Counted from the stretch's first letter, positions 20,842-31,349 are shown. The stretch is 64,000 nucleotides of DNA from an uncultured Methanomassiliicoccales archaeon (GCA_963710685.1 CAVQBH010000009.1:555818-619817); one strand, 5' to 3'. Notes: generated from the sequence alone by a model not told the origin. A program made the numbers and translations.

Positions 20842-21843
20842 TCAATGAGCGTGAAATACCTCTTTCCTGGCTATCATGAAGTACAACGCCTCCAGCAGCT
20901 TGCGGCTGGAGGCTACGACGGCCTTCTTTTTACCGATCCTCCCCTGCTTCCGCAGATAGTAGCTGGATATCTTCGAGTCGGGACAGTAATGGTAATGGAA
21001 CAGCGTCGCCTCGATAAGAACGTGTTTGACCCGATCGTTCCCATGCCTGGTCGGTCCGCCCCAGGTTTTCTCGCCTGACTGGCAGGTCGTAGGAGATACT
21101 CCGACGTAGGCTGCCAGGTTCTCCGCCGTCTTGAACCTGGATATGTCGCCGATCTCTGCCTTGACCACGGCGGCGGTGACCAGGCCGATGCCTGGCACCG
21201 TCCGCATCAGCTGGACGTCCTCGTCCTTGCCATATTTCTCCTCGATCATCTTCTCCACGTTGCGGATCTTCGTCAATAACAGCTCAAGAAGGTCCAGTTT
21301 CTCGTTGATGACAAAATCGTTCTGCGACCTTGCCCAGACCTTGTACTTCTCCGTGAAGTTCGTTCTAAATTCCGAAGGAACCTTGAGGCCGCGCTGGTCC
21401 AGCGCGACTATTATCTCCCTCTTCGCATCTCCTTTCTTTCGGGCCAGAGATTCCCTGTGCCTGGTCAGTTCCCTCATTTCCCGAATTTCCAGAGAAGGAA
21501 CGTAGATGCCTTTCAGACGATCAAAGCACAGGAGTTCTGCGAGCATGAAAGCGTCGTTCTTGTCGGTCTTGGACATGGATTTCATCATCTCCTTCGCCTT
21601 GGTCGGATGCACGACCATGACATCGTGGCCGCGGGCCACGATGAGGTCGTAGATCCAGAAGTAGAAACCGGTGGCCTCCATGACCACTGCCAGTTTATCC
21701 TTTCCTTCCTCGATTATCCCAAACAAATGACCGATGTAGGAGACATCGGTCCTTACCCGTTTGATGAGAATAACTTTCCCTTTTTCGTCCAGAACGCAAG
21801 CCTGGGTCTCCTTTTTATGTATGTCCAATCCTATGTACTTCAT
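20842..21843 (-). mobile_element. IS110-family insertion sequence (transposase ORF; element ends not resolved)
   Basis: 333-aa ORF with N-terminal YIGLDIHKKETQA (DEDD-type) and a C-terminal TVPGIGLVTAAVVKAEIGD...LAAYVGVSPTTCQSGEK block. Sampled GC is 47% (21241-21300) versus about 60% in flanks. Confidence 0.8.
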
Positions 21844-21998
21844 TGGTTCTCCCGCCTTGGATTTTGTTGCTATTGTCCATATTGGCGGGGAACCTCTTTA
21901 ACACGCCATCATTTTCTAGATAAGAGCATTTACGGTGCTGTTTCGCAAAGATTCAAGTATCGTTTCACTTACGTTACCAGGTCATCGGACAAATCGCC

Positions 21999-24740
21999 AT
22001 GGTATTCGAACTTCTGGACGATAGAATCAGAAAGGTCCTTTCGGACAAGAACATCAGCATGCCGACCGGCCCCCAGACGGAGGCCATACCGCACATACTG
22101 GCCGGAAGGAACATTCTTCTCGTCGCACCGACCGGTATCGGAAAGACCGAGGCGGCGATGCTGCCCATCTTCAACAAGCTGATCTCTACCGAGGGAAAGG
22201 GGATACGGTGCATCTATGTAACGCCGTTGAGGGCCCTCAACCGGGATATGCTGCGGCGGCTGGAAGAGTTCGGCGATGCGCTGGACCTGCGCGTGGCCGT
22301 TCGTCACGGGGACACCACCCAGTCGGAGCGCACGCACCAATCCAAGTACGCCCCGGACGTGCTCATCACGACCCCGGAAACGCTCCAGATCATGTTCACC
22401 GGCAAGAACCTAAGGCAACACCTGGCGAACGTGAAGTTCTTCGTGGTGGACGAGATACATGAGCTGGCCAACGATGAACGGGGTGCGCAGCTGGCCATCG
22501 CCATGGAACGTCTGGTCTTTCTGGCGGGGGATTTCCAGAGGATCGGACTGTCGGCCACCGTGGGTAGCATCCAGGAGGTGGCGAACTTCCTGGGCGGTTC
22601 CAAGCGTCAGGTCACCATCGTCAAGGCCCAGATCGCCAAGGAGATGCGGCTGTCCGTACAGTATCCGGAGGTAACGGACGAGGACCGGGACCTGGCGGGA
22701 ACGTTGCAGAGCGACGCCCAGTTGACGGCGTGCATGAGGCGCTGCAGGAAGATGATAGAGGAACACCGGTCCACTCTGTTGTTCGTCAACACCAGGGACA
22801 CGGCGGAGGCGCTGGCCGCCCGCTACCACATCTGGGATGAATCGTTCTCGGTGGGAGTGCACCACGGCTCGCTTTCCAAGGAGACCCGCATCGAGATGGA
22901 GGAGAACTTCAAGGCGGAGAAGCTGAAGGGGCTGATCTGCACCTCCTCCCTCGAGATGGGCATCGACATAGGTTCGGCCGACTACGCCATCCAGTACAAT
23001 TCACCAAGGCAGGTGGCGAGGCTCATCCAGAGGATGGGGCGGGCCGGGCACCAGGTGGGCGCGTACTCGGAAGGTGCCATAGTCGCCTCCTCCCCGGACG
23101 AGATCGTGGAATCGCTGGTCATCACCCGCAAGGCGTTGAACGAGGAGCTCGAACCATTGCTCGTCCGCCCCTGTCCGATGACCGTCCTGGCCAACCAGCT
23201 GGTGGCCATGACCATGCAGGGCAAGGTCAACAAAGATGACGCCTATGCCGCCTGCGTGCGCACCTACCCGTTCCGGGACCTGACCCGGGAAAAGTTTGAC
23301 GGGATCCTGGACCAGGTCGCCAAGATCGGGCTGGTCTTCGTCGACCGGGACGACTACCGGAGATCGGCCCGGGGCCGAAAATATTTCTACGACAACATCT
23401 CGATGATCCCGGACGAACGCACCTACATGATCCGGGAACTGTCCAGCCGCAAGATAGTGGGTACGCTGGACGAGTCTTTCGTGGTCTCTTTCGCGGAACC
23501 GTACGCCACCTTCATCACCAGGGGAAGGACCTGGCGCATCGTCGAGGTCCGCGAGGACGAGCTGCTCGTAGAACAGGTGCGGGAGATCGGCTCCATCCCC
23601 TCCTGGGTGGGGGAGGACATCCCAGTCCCGTACGAGGTGGCCCAGGAGGTCGGCAGGCTGCGCAGGCGGGAGAACTATTCCGAGTACAACGGTGACGCGG
23701 CGTCGGTGAAGGCGGTCACCGATTATTTCATCGAGCAGAGGGCCAAATCCCCCATGCCCACCGACAAGAAGGTGACCCTGGAGATCGGGAAGCGCCTGGC
23801 CATCCTCAACATGTGCTTCGGCACCAAGGTGAACGAGACGCTTTCCAAGATGCTGTCGATCCTGCTGACCGCCCGCCTGGGCGAGTCGGTGGCGGTGACC
23901 ACCGATCCGTACCGCATCATACTGGACCTGCCCCGGGACATCAAGCCGGACATGATCATCGAGACGCTGAAAGGCATCCGCTCCGACACCGTGGAAGCGC
24001 TGGTCCGCATGGTCATCAAGAACTCGAGCCATCTGCGCTGGCGCTTCGTCTACGTGGCGAAGAAGTTCGGCGCGGTGGAGAAGGACGCGGACTACAAGAG
24101 CGTGAACTTCGGCAGGCTGGTCGAGGCCTACGAGAACAGCCCCATATTCGACGAAGCCATCGCCCGGGTCCTATGGGAGGACTTCGACCTGGACGGAACG
24201 GTGGAGGTCGTACGCCGGATCGAGTCCGGGGACCTGGAGTTCCAGGTGTGCGGACTTACCCCGATCGGGCGGGCCGGGCTTTCCCATTCGAAGGAGCTGA
24301 TCACGCCCCAGCGCGCCGACCACTCCATCCTGATGGCGCTCAAGAAGCGACTGGAGGAGGAACAGATGCACATGTCCTGTCTGAGCTGCGCATCTCAGTG
24401 GCGTCTCCGCGTTCGCGAGGCGCCGAGGACACTGACATGTCCCAAGTGCGGAGGGCACATGATCGCCGCACTGAACCCGTACAACAAGGACCTGGTCAAG
24501 CTGGCGAAGAAGAAGAACCTGACCGAGGAGGAGGAAAAGGAACTGCGCAAACTGTTCAAGAACGCCAGCCTGGTCATGAAGAACAGCAAGAAGGCCATGA
24601 CCGCCCTGGCCGGACGCGGGATCGGACCGGACACCGCCTCCAGGGTGCTGGCCGGGTTCTTCGACAATGAGGACGACTTCCTGAGGGAGATCCTCAGCGC
24701 CGAGATAAACTACGCCAAGACCAAGCGTTTCTGGGATTAG
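21999..24740 (+). CDS. lhr: Lhr-type ATP-dependent DEAD/DEAH-box helicase
   Basis: 913 aa. Motif I VAPTGIGKTEAA, motif II VVDEIHEL, motif VI QRMGRAGH. Large Lhr-like C-terminal region with a CLSC...CPKCG zinc ribbon. Confidence 0.85.
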   Translation: MVFELLDDRIRKVLSDKNISMPTGPQTEAIPHILAGRNILLVAPTGIGKTEAAMLPIFNKLISTEGKGIRCIYVTPLRALNRDMLRRLEEFGDALDLRVAVRHGDTTQSERTHQSKYAPDVLITTPETLQIMFTGKNLRQHLANVKFFVVDEIHELANDERGAQLAIAMERLVFLAGDFQRIGLSATVGSIQEVANFLGGSKRQVTIVKAQIAKEMRLSVQYPEVTDEDRDLAGTLQSDAQLTACMRRCRKMIEEHRSTLLFVNTRDTAEALAARYHIWDESFSVGVHHGSLSKETRIEMEENFKAEKLKGLICTSSLEMGIDIGSADYAIQYNSPRQVARLIQRMGRAGHQVGAYSEGAIVASSPDEIVESLVITRKALNEELEPLLVRPCPMTVLANQLVAMTMQGKVNKDDAYAACVRTYPFRDLTREKFDGILDQVAKIGLVFVDRDDYRRSARGRKYFYDNISMIPDERTYMIRELSSRKIVGTLDESFVVSFAEPYATFITRGRTWRIVEVREDELLVEQVREIGSIPSWVGEDIPVPYEVAQEVGRLRRRENYSEYNGDAASVKAVTDYFIEQRAKSPMPTDKKVTLEIGKRLAILNMCFGTKVNETLSKMLSILLTARLGESVAVTTDPYRIILDLPRDIKPDMIIETLKGIRSDTVEALVRMVIKNSSHLRWRFVYVAKKFGAVEKDADYKSVNFGRLVEAYENSPIFDEAIARVLWEDFDLDGTVEVVRRIESGDLEFQVCGLTPIGRAGLSHSKELITPQRADHSILMALKKRLEEEQMHMSCLSCASQWRLRVREAPRTLTCPKCGGHMIAALNPYNKDLVKLAKKKNLTEEEEKELRKLFKNASLVMKNSKKAMTALAGRGIGPDTASRVLAGFFDNEDDFLREILSAEINYAKTKRFWD

Positions 24741-25366
24741 AGCCTGGACCGGACCGGGTTGGTGAGCGTCCGGACCCCTTCGATCCTCATCTCGATGAGG
24801 TCCCCCGGCACGATCGGGCCGACGCCGCTGGGCGTACCGGTAGCGATGATGTCCCCTTCCTCCAGGACCATCCATTTGGAGATGAACGCTATGATCTCCT
24901 CCGGCGAATAGATCATCATGGAGGTGCTGCCGTGCTGCCTGACCTTGCCGTTCACGCGGCAGGATATCTCCAGGTCGTGTATGTCGTGGGACGGGGCGAG
25001 GACCTTGGGCTCGGACATCGGCGCAAAGGTGTCCATGCCCTTGCTCAGGGTCCAGGGCAATCCATCCTTGCGGTATGCGGTCTGGACATCCCTGGCGGTC
25101 ACGTCGTTGAAAACGGCCAGACCGGAGACGTGGGACAACGCCCTTTCCTTCGGAATGTTCTTGCCGGTCCTGCCGATGATCAGAGCCAATTCGACCTCGT
25201 GGTCCACCCTGCCAACGCCCTCGGGAATGAGGATGGCCCCCTCATTGCCGATCAGGGAGGACATCGGCTTCAGGAATATGACCGGCTCCGCAGGGACCTC
25301 GTTCTTGAGCTCCTTGATGTGCTCCCGGTAGTTCTGGCCGATGCAGACAATCTTGCCGCCTCTCAT
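24737..25366 (-). CDS. fumarylacetoacetate hydrolase (FAH) family protein
   Basis: 209 aa. GKIVCIGQNYREHIKE... and a C-terminal GDIIATGTPSGVG block typical of FAH-fold hydratases/decarboxylases. Confidence 0.85.
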   Translation of the reverse strand: MRGGKIVCIGQNYREHIKELKNEVPAEPVIFLKPMSSLIGNEGAILIPEGVGRVDHEVELALIIGRTGKNIPKERALSHVSGLAVFNDVTARDVQTAYRKDGLPWTLSKGMDTFAPMSEPKVLAPSHDIHDLEISCRVNGKVRQHGSTSMMIYSPEEIIAFISKWMVLEEGDIIATGTPSGVGPIVPGDLIEMRIEGVRTLTNPVRSRL

Positions 25367-25394
25367 TCAGACCATCCTACTCGAAAGGATCCGA

Positions 25395-25643
25395 TCATTC
25401 TTCCTGGGCCACGTGGCGATCGGATACGGTCTCGAACTTCATGAGCACGTTCATCCCCTTCAAGGTGGCATGCACCTTGTCCGCAAGGTAGATCGTGTCG
25501 TCAAGGGTGGCGTTCTTGTCCCATTTGTAAATGCCATCATAATTGCCCTTGGTCGGTTCAAAACCCAGGTTCCGCAGCGCGTCCAGTATCTCCGAAGGGC
25601 GCTTACCCTCGGAACTGAACGTGACGGTTATGTACGTCAACAT
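25395..25643 (-). CDS. small hypothetical protein
   Basis: 82-aa ORF with balanced composition sitting in a compact gene gap. No motif recognised. Confidence 0.4.
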   Translation of the reverse strand: MLTYITVTFSSEGKRPSEILDALRNLGFEPTKGNYDGIYKWDKNATLDDTIYLADKVHATLKGMNVLMKFETVSDRHVAQEE

Positions 25644-25683
25644 GAAGGGTGATACCTAGCTCCCTCGCTATAATCGTTATGGA

Positions 25684-26328
25684 TTAGTCCTCATCCTTTG
25701 CCTTGGCTAGGATGACGTGGCCTTCTCCGCGGTATCCGCGGGCGATGATGTAGACCTCGGAGGAGCTGTCCCGGGACGCCTTGGGCGCGTACATCCGGAC
25801 GTTGTCGAAGTGCTTCTTCACCTCGACCAGGAACTCCTTGGTGTCCTTTCCCTCGAATATCTTCATGACCAGGGTTCCGTTGTCGACCAGCGTCTTCTGG
25901 GCGAAGCTGAGCGCATACTCGCACAGTTCGACCGAACGGGCCTGGTCGGTGTCATAGGCCCCGGAGATATTGGGGCTCATGTCGGACAGGACCACGTCCG
26001 CCTTGCCGGCGATCATGTACAATAATTTCTCGATCGTCTCCGGCTTCCTGATGTCGCCGCGGATCGTTTCGACCATGCCATCCACCGGTGCGATGCTCTG
26101 CAGGTCCACGCCGACCACGTGGCCAGTCTCCGTGACCCTCTCTGAGGCGACCTGGAGCCAGCCTCCGGGTGCGGCCCCCAGGTCCACGACCACATAGCCA
26201 GGTTTCATGATGTGGAAACGGTCATCGATCTGAATGAGCTTGAAAGAGGCTCTGCTGCGATAATCCAGCTGCTTCGCCTTACGGTAGAAGAAGTCCTTGC
26301 GACGGGCCGAGAGCCAGTTCTTCGACAT
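25684..26328 (-). CDS. rlmE: 23S rRNA 2'-O-ribose methyltransferase RlmE/FtsJ
   Basis: FtsJ family: YRSRASFKL, SAM motif VVDLGAAPGGW, DVVLSDMSPN. ATG at 26328 preferred over the ORF-track start. Confidence 0.85.
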   Translation of the reverse strand: MSKNWLSARRKDFFYRKAKQLDYRSRASFKLIQIDDRFHIMKPGYVVVDLGAAPGGWLQVASERVTETGHVVGVDLQSIAPVDGMVETIRGDIRKPETIEKLLYMIAGKADVVLSDMSPNISGAYDTDQARSVELCEYALSFAQKTLVDNGTLVMKIFEGKDTKEFLVEVKKHFDNVRMYAPKASRDSSSEVYIIARGYRGEGHVILAKAKDED

Positions 26329-26435
26329 AACGTGTCGTTCGATGCAATCCCGAGATAAAACGTTTGTCATTGCACGCCCGACATCCGACCGGCGTTATCG
26401 GCGAGCACCATGAGGAAACGGTTTCGCCCGTTTTC

Positions 26436-27116
26436 TTACCTAATGCAGTAGAAACCGGCCTGCATATAGGAATACCAGAAAAGCTCGACCGTCCGGAACC
26501 CCGCGCCCCGGTAGAGCTCCAGGTGCTGTTCGACCGTTATCGGAAAATATTCGATGTCGAACCTGGCGATGTGCGCCTTCGCCTCTGCCTCGGTCTTGCC
26601 GTTCTCGGTCTGAAAGCGCTCCCATCTCCTCTTTCCGATCTCGATGCCCCGCTCGGTGAGCGGTCTTACGTTCTCGAAGGTGATGTAAGCCCCATCCGCG
26701 GGCAGCATGTCATAGCATGCCGCCACCGCCCTCTTCCTCTCCTCCTTGGAAAGATAATGATGGCACTGGACCGCGGTGATCAGGTCGGGTTTATCGTTGA
26801 CCGGGCCATCCAATTCCTGGGAGCAGGTCGGCCTCAGGAACGTGACCCTCTCCCGGCCCTTGAGCTTGATCCGCGCCTGTGCGAGCATCGTCTCGGAGGG
26901 ATCGGCGAGCATGAAATGGGTGCCTGGAAACTGGTCCAACGCCCTCTTCACCAGTGTGCCGGTTCCGCAGCCAGTATCGAGCCATAGCCTAGGAGGCCTG
27001 TTCAGGGACAACACCAGGTCGATGATTTCCCGATGTATCTGATCGTAGTAAGGTATCGTTCTGGCGATATGGCCGTCGTAGTCGCCGGGAAGATGGTGTC
27101 GGGGACCGCCGTTCAT
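26436..27116 (-). CDS. class I SAM-dependent methyltransferase
   Basis: Motif I WLDTGCGTG. N-terminal YDGHIARTIPYYDQIH resembles CmoA-like enzymes. ATG at 27116 chosen. Confidence 0.7.
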   Translation of the reverse strand: MNGGPRHHLPGDYDGHIARTIPYYDQIHREIIDLVLSLNRPPRLWLDTGCGTGTLVKRALDQFPGTHFMLADPSETMLAQARIKLKGRERVTFLRPTCSQELDGPVNDKPDLITAVQCHHYLSKEERKRAVAACYDMLPADGAYITFENVRPLTERGIEIGKRRWERFQTENGKTEAEAKAHIARFDIEYFPITVEQHLELYRGAGFRTVELFWYSYMQAGFYCIR

Positions 27117-27222
27117 CCGGGCGGAAATGGGGCAATACCATAATAAGACCTGCGAGCTCGGAACGAACGGTGGTGATGAAAGACTATTTAGACGCCGGAC
27201 CGATTTACCTCCGGTGCCCTCC

Positions 27223-28248
27223 ATGACCCAGAACGACTGGACGTACGCCCGCGCGGGTGTCGACATCGAACAGAAGTCCCGCTCCATCGCATCGCTCGTC
27301 AACCGGCTCACCTATCGCAGGACCGGCAAGGGCAGGGTCATCGACATCAAGGGGCAGTTCACCAGTCTGATCGATTTCGACGGAACGGTGCTTACCCTGT
27401 GCACCGACGGTGTCGGGACCAAGCTGCTCATCGCCGAGGCGCTGGACAAATGGGACACCGTGGGCATCGACTGCATGGCCATGAACGTCAATGACACCAT
27501 CTGCGTTGGGGCCGAACCGTTCGCCTTCGTCGACTACATCGCCATCGACCGTCCGGACGAAAGGATCACCGAGCAGATCGGCATCGGTCTGGAGAGAGCG
27601 GCGGAAGAGTGCAACGTGGACATCGTCGGGGGAGAGATCGCGGTGCTTCCGGAGATCGTCCGGGGCGTGGACCTCTCCGGGACGGCGCTGGGATGGCTGG
27701 AGAAGGAAAAGATCGTGGACGGCAGCAAGGTGGGGATCGGAGATGCCATCATCGGACTCCGATCGTCGGGCATCCATTCCAACGGCATGACGCTGGCGAG
27801 AAAGGTGCTGGAATCCGTCGAGATCAAGCTGGATGAAAAGTTCGACCGCTTGGGAAAGACCATCGGCCAGGAGCTTCTCACGCCGACCGAGCTCTACGTC
27901 AAGAAGGTCGTGGAACTGGTCGACAAGGTCAAGATCCATGGCATGGTGGACGTGACCGGCGGCGGACTGAAGAACTTCGTCCGGCTGAAGAAGGATGTGC
28001 TGTTCGAGATCACCGAGCCGATCCGCCCTCAGCCGGTCTTCGAGATCATCGCCGAACTGGGCCACGTTAACCCGACGGAGATGTACAAGACCTTCAACAT
28101 GGGCATGGGCTACGGGATCGTGCTGCCACGGGAGAACGTCAAACGGGCGCTTCAGGTCCTCGGCGAGGGCGCAAAGGTGGTCGGCCAGGTTTCCCCGGGC
28201 AACGGGGTCGGGATCCCGTCGTTGGGCGTACACTACGAGAACTACTGA
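27223..28248 (+). CDS. purM: phosphoribosylformylglycinamidine cyclo-ligase (AIR synthetase)
   Basis: YARAGVDI, DGVGTKL, and the overall PurM N- and C-domain pattern. ATG at 27223 chosen. Confidence 0.9.
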   Translation: MTQNDWTYARAGVDIEQKSRSIASLVNRLTYRRTGKGRVIDIKGQFTSLIDFDGTVLTLCTDGVGTKLLIAEALDKWDTVGIDCMAMNVNDTICVGAEPFAFVDYIAIDRPDERITEQIGIGLERAAEECNVDIVGGEIAVLPEIVRGVDLSGTALGWLEKEKIVDGSKVGIGDAIIGLRSSGIHSNGMTLARKVLESVEIKLDEKFDRLGKTIGQELLTPTELYVKKVVELVDKVKIHGMVDVTGGGLKNFVRLKKDVLFEITEPIRPQPVFEIIAELGHVNPTEMYKTFNMGMGYGIVLPRENVKRALQVLGEGAKVVGQVSPGNGVGIPSLGVHYENY

Positions 28249-28250
28249 CC

Positions 28251-29573
28251 ATGAAACGAATCTCGCTCAATTCCCGTTCGCTCGGCTCCGAGTTCGCTGG
28301 CTTTGAGAGGGAGCTGATGCGGCCCGACCGGCATGCTGGCTGGGTCAAGTTCATGGCCGCCAATGTGATCAAGCTCAGGCGTTCGCCATTTTCCGAACAC
28401 TATTCCGACTGTTTCTATTACGTCCCGGAGGACATCCGCCTGAACGAGGGCGACCTGATCGACCTGAACGTGGGACCTTTGCGATGGGCGGGGATCAAGA
28501 TCGAGGAAGGGTCGGTGTTCCCTTCATACAAGGCGTGCTATCGCGATGTCCGCAGTGCGGAGAAGGGGGCCCTCCATCTTCCCCGGCCGAGGATAGACTC
28601 CAGGGACTTCCAGTACTTTCTGACCGAACAATGGAGGGACGCGGAGTATGACGATCTGGGCAAATCGCTGGCGCTGCAACTGCTTTCCTGCCCCTCCGAT
28701 GTCTATGGCAACGGCGGCATAGGGGCCCAGTCCATATGCCTGTCGACCCGGAAAGGCCCGCTTCTGGACCTGCGGTCGACGATAAGGAACAGCCTCCCGG
28801 TCGAGTTCACCGGCAAGAGCGAGCGTTACCGGTTCGACATCATCGAGAAGGACGAGCAGACACAGGCGCTCCAGAGGAACCTCGGTGTGACGTCGTCCAA
28901 GGAGACCTCGTTCAACTTCCTCATGGTGATGAACCCGGTCGCTCAACCACTGCCTGTCCAGGTGCCCACGACCATCGTTAACGCCCACAAGATAGGGGTG
29001 GAAAGAGAGCCGAACCTCGATGTCCTGGAGTACCTGCTGTACGCCCTTATGCTGCGCCCGGTGGTCAGGCGCTCGGCCATCAACGAGATCGAGGCGGGAA
29101 TGAGGCTGGTGAAGGAGCAGGTAGAGCCGGAATCGGTGGAGTTGGAACTGCCCATCGACCGCTATGCCATTACCAAGCTGGCCATGGCCATCTGTCGCCT
29201 GGACGGTAAGGACGAGATCGACGATTCCGCGTTCTCCAAGAGCAAGGAGACCTTCTTCGAGCTGTACCGGGAGTTCCTGGACACCCGCAGGGACCATTTC
29301 AAGCCGGGGAAGGGCTCCTACGGCCGCAAGGGGGTCCGTTCCCAGGTGAGCGGCCAGCTCAGCGCCAACGACATGATCCTGCTCTCCTACGTGCGCAAGA
29401 TCTCCAGGCAGCAGGGCAAGGAATACGTCACCGTCCAGGACCTGAAGAACGAGCTGGGTAAGAAACGGTATCAGCGTTATGACCTGGACCGTGCCTTGGA
29501 AAGGCTCAACAACTTCGGTCGGGTCATCCGGAGCGAGAACATGAGCGCTTTCAAGCCGATAGACCTGGAATAA
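28251..29573 (+). CDS. uncharacterised protein, possibly a degenerate MCM/AAA+-like core with a C-terminal winged helix
   Basis: 440-aa clean ORF starting 2 nt after the purM stop. Weak MCM-like blocks (LALQLLSCP...GGIGAQS; ITKLAMAICRLDGKDEIDDSAF) but no Walker A. C-terminus is wHTH-like. Confidence 0.35.
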   Translation: MKRISLNSRSLGSEFAGFERELMRPDRHAGWVKFMAANVIKLRRSPFSEHYSDCFYYVPEDIRLNEGDLIDLNVGPLRWAGIKIEEGSVFPSYKACYRDVRSAEKGALHLPRPRIDSRDFQYFLTEQWRDAEYDDLGKSLALQLLSCPSDVYGNGGIGAQSICLSTRKGPLLDLRSTIRNSLPVEFTGKSERYRFDIIEKDEQTQALQRNLGVTSSKETSFNFLMVMNPVAQPLPVQVPTTIVNAHKIGVEREPNLDVLEYLLYALMLRPVVRRSAINEIEAGMRLVKEQVEPESVELELPIDRYAITKLAMAICRLDGKDEIDDSAFSKSKETFFELYREFLDTRRDHFKPGKGSYGRKGVRSQVSGQLSANDMILLSYVRKISRQQGKEYVTVQDLKNELGKKRYQRYDLDRALERLNNFGRVIRSENMSAFKPIDLE

Positions 29574-29585
29574 GCGCCAGATTAC

Positions 29586-30155
29586 CTAGTCTCTCTTCGT
29601 TCGGTCGTGGACCTTGTGGGCAATGACCGCCACGCACGCGCCGAGCGCAGTGCACGTCTCCATCGAGTATTCGCCGAAGGTGATGTCCATGTGGTGCGCC
29701 GCCATCTCGTGGATGTCCTTGGGCACACCCTTCGGGCCGGCTCCGAACACCAGGCAGACACTCCTCCCGTTCAGCAGCATGTCCACCACCTCATCGACCG
29801 ACCGCCTCTTCTTTTTGTCCGGGTTGCAGGTCGTCAGGACGACCTCCCCCAACTGCGGCTGGAAACCCTTGCCCGGATACGCGAAGGTCGAGAACCGTCC
29901 CTTCGAGGTCACATCCTTCAGGTAGCTGCCGTCCTCCCCGATGGAGGTCGTCGTCGACACCCAATCGGCGATCTCCTGCGGCGTGGTCAGGTCCTGGGGG
30001 AAAGGGAAGCCGAGCGTTACCAGGTTGCAGTCGAAGGCCAAGGCGAGCGGGCCGGCGCGGGCGAGGATGCGGCGATGCGCCTCCCGGAAGTTGTTCGGGT
30101 CGTAAGAGTTGTAGATGGCGATGGTCGCCCTGCCTAGCCGCCTTGGATCTCTCAT
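29586..30155 (-). CDS. conserved archaeal protein, possible SPOUT-fold (COG4080/DUF531-like)
   Basis: 189-aa ORF. The block CLVFGAGPKGVPKDI...AHHMDIT resembles the SPOUT knot region. Family assignment is from memory only. Confidence 0.35.
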   Translation of the reverse strand: MRDPRRLGRATIAIYNSYDPNNFREAHRRILARAGPLALAFDCNLVTLGFPFPQDLTTPQEIADWVSTTTSIGEDGSYLKDVTSKGRFSTFAYPGKGFQPQLGEVVLTTCNPDKKKRRSVDEVVDMLLNGRSVCLVFGAGPKGVPKDIHEMAAHHMDITFGEYSMETCTALGACVAVIAHKVHDRTKRD

Positions 30156-30204
30156 GGTTTGTCCGTGGAACGATAAAAATTAACAGGCCGAGGCCTGAAG
30201 GTGT

Positions 30205-31284
30205 TTATTTTTCGATGTTGAGCGGGACCTGCTTCACCGACGTGAGCATATCCTCGTCCCAGGTGTTCTTCAGGCGCTTCCGGCCTTTCCAGGCCCCGGA
30301 CTGGAGGATGTAGCCGACCAGGAGGGAAAGTCCGATGGACGCCTCAACGTAGGCGACGGATTTGTTTGCGTCCCGGTTGATCTTTCCCCAGGACTGCGCC
30401 TCCTCGAACGTGCAGCCCGACAGTCCGCCCCACTGGGGTGCGTCCATGGTGATCTGGATGGCGTAGTGGTGGCCACCCTTGTCGTAGCCCAGTGTCTCCG
30501 CTATGACCTCGGTCTGCTGGATGAAGTTCTTGGGAACCCCGCCGCCGATGTAGATGACGCCGGTCTTTTCCGCCTTGATCTTCATCTGGGTCAGCTCCCA
30601 GTTGTCACGGATGGAGTCCATGTGCATGAACGGCTTCTTGGCGGCGCGGGACCTCTGGTAGAGGCCCGTGAGCCCGATACCGATGCTCGAATCGTTGAGC
30701 GCCGGCACGAACATCGGGACCCCGTACTTGCGGCAGTTGTAAAGGATCGAGTTCTTGTCCTTGACGTGGTCGCCGAGGATCTCCATGAACTCCCTGGACG
30801 AGTAACCACGGGGTTCCAGCTTCTCCGCTATGTCACCGATCACCGCGTCGGTCTCGCGGAACTTGTCCTCGTCGACCAGCGTGTCGTATATTCGGTCCAC
30901 GAAGAGCTCCCTGAGCGCCAGGTCGTCGACCCGGGGCGAGGTCTTGTAATGCGAATAGCCCTGTGCCTGGTAGAAGTCCTGGTAGGGGATGGCGCCGATG
31001 GTCACGATGCCGTCGACGATGCCGAACTTCACCATGTCTGCGATCACCTTTCTCAGGCCGGCCGCCACCAGCGGTCCTGCCAGACCGAGGATGATGGTCG
31101 GTCTTGCGGGGTCCTTCAGCGCCTTCTCGTAGGCGATACCACAGGTGGCCAGGGCGCGGCTTTGGATAGAGCTGTCCTTGTAGGCTTCCATCAGGTCCTT
31201 GACGGTCGAAATGTTGTCAAAGTCAATCTGCTTGACCTTCTCCTTCATCACAGTCTTCTTGGACAGTTCGCTTTTCTTTGCCAA
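30205..31284 (-). CDS. dys: deoxyhypusine synthase
   Basis: 359 aa. DHS family blocks including IYIGGGVPKNF and ...AYVEASIG.... Confidence 0.9.
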   Translation of the reverse strand: MAKKSELSKKTVMKEKVKQIDFDNISTVKDLMEAYKDSSIQSRALATCGIAYEKALKDPARPTIILGLAGPLVAAGLRKVIADMVKFGIVDGIVTIGAIPYQDFYQAQGYSHYKTSPRVDDLALRELFVDRIYDTLVDEDKFRETDAVIGDIAEKLEPRGYSSREFMEILGDHVKDKNSILYNCRKYGVPMFVPALNDSSIGIGLTGLYQRSRAAKKPFMHMDSIRDNWELTQMKIKAEKTGVIYIGGGVPKNFIQQTEVIAETLGYDKGGHHYAIQITMDAPQWGGLSGCTFEEAQSWGKINRDANKSVAYVEASIGLSLLVGYILQSGAWKGRKRLKNTWDEDMLTSVKQVPLNIEK

Positions 31285-31349
31285 AGTTTAACCCCCGGTT
31301 ACATATGAATCTAGTATATCAAACTTAAAGAATGACATAGGCCGATGGG

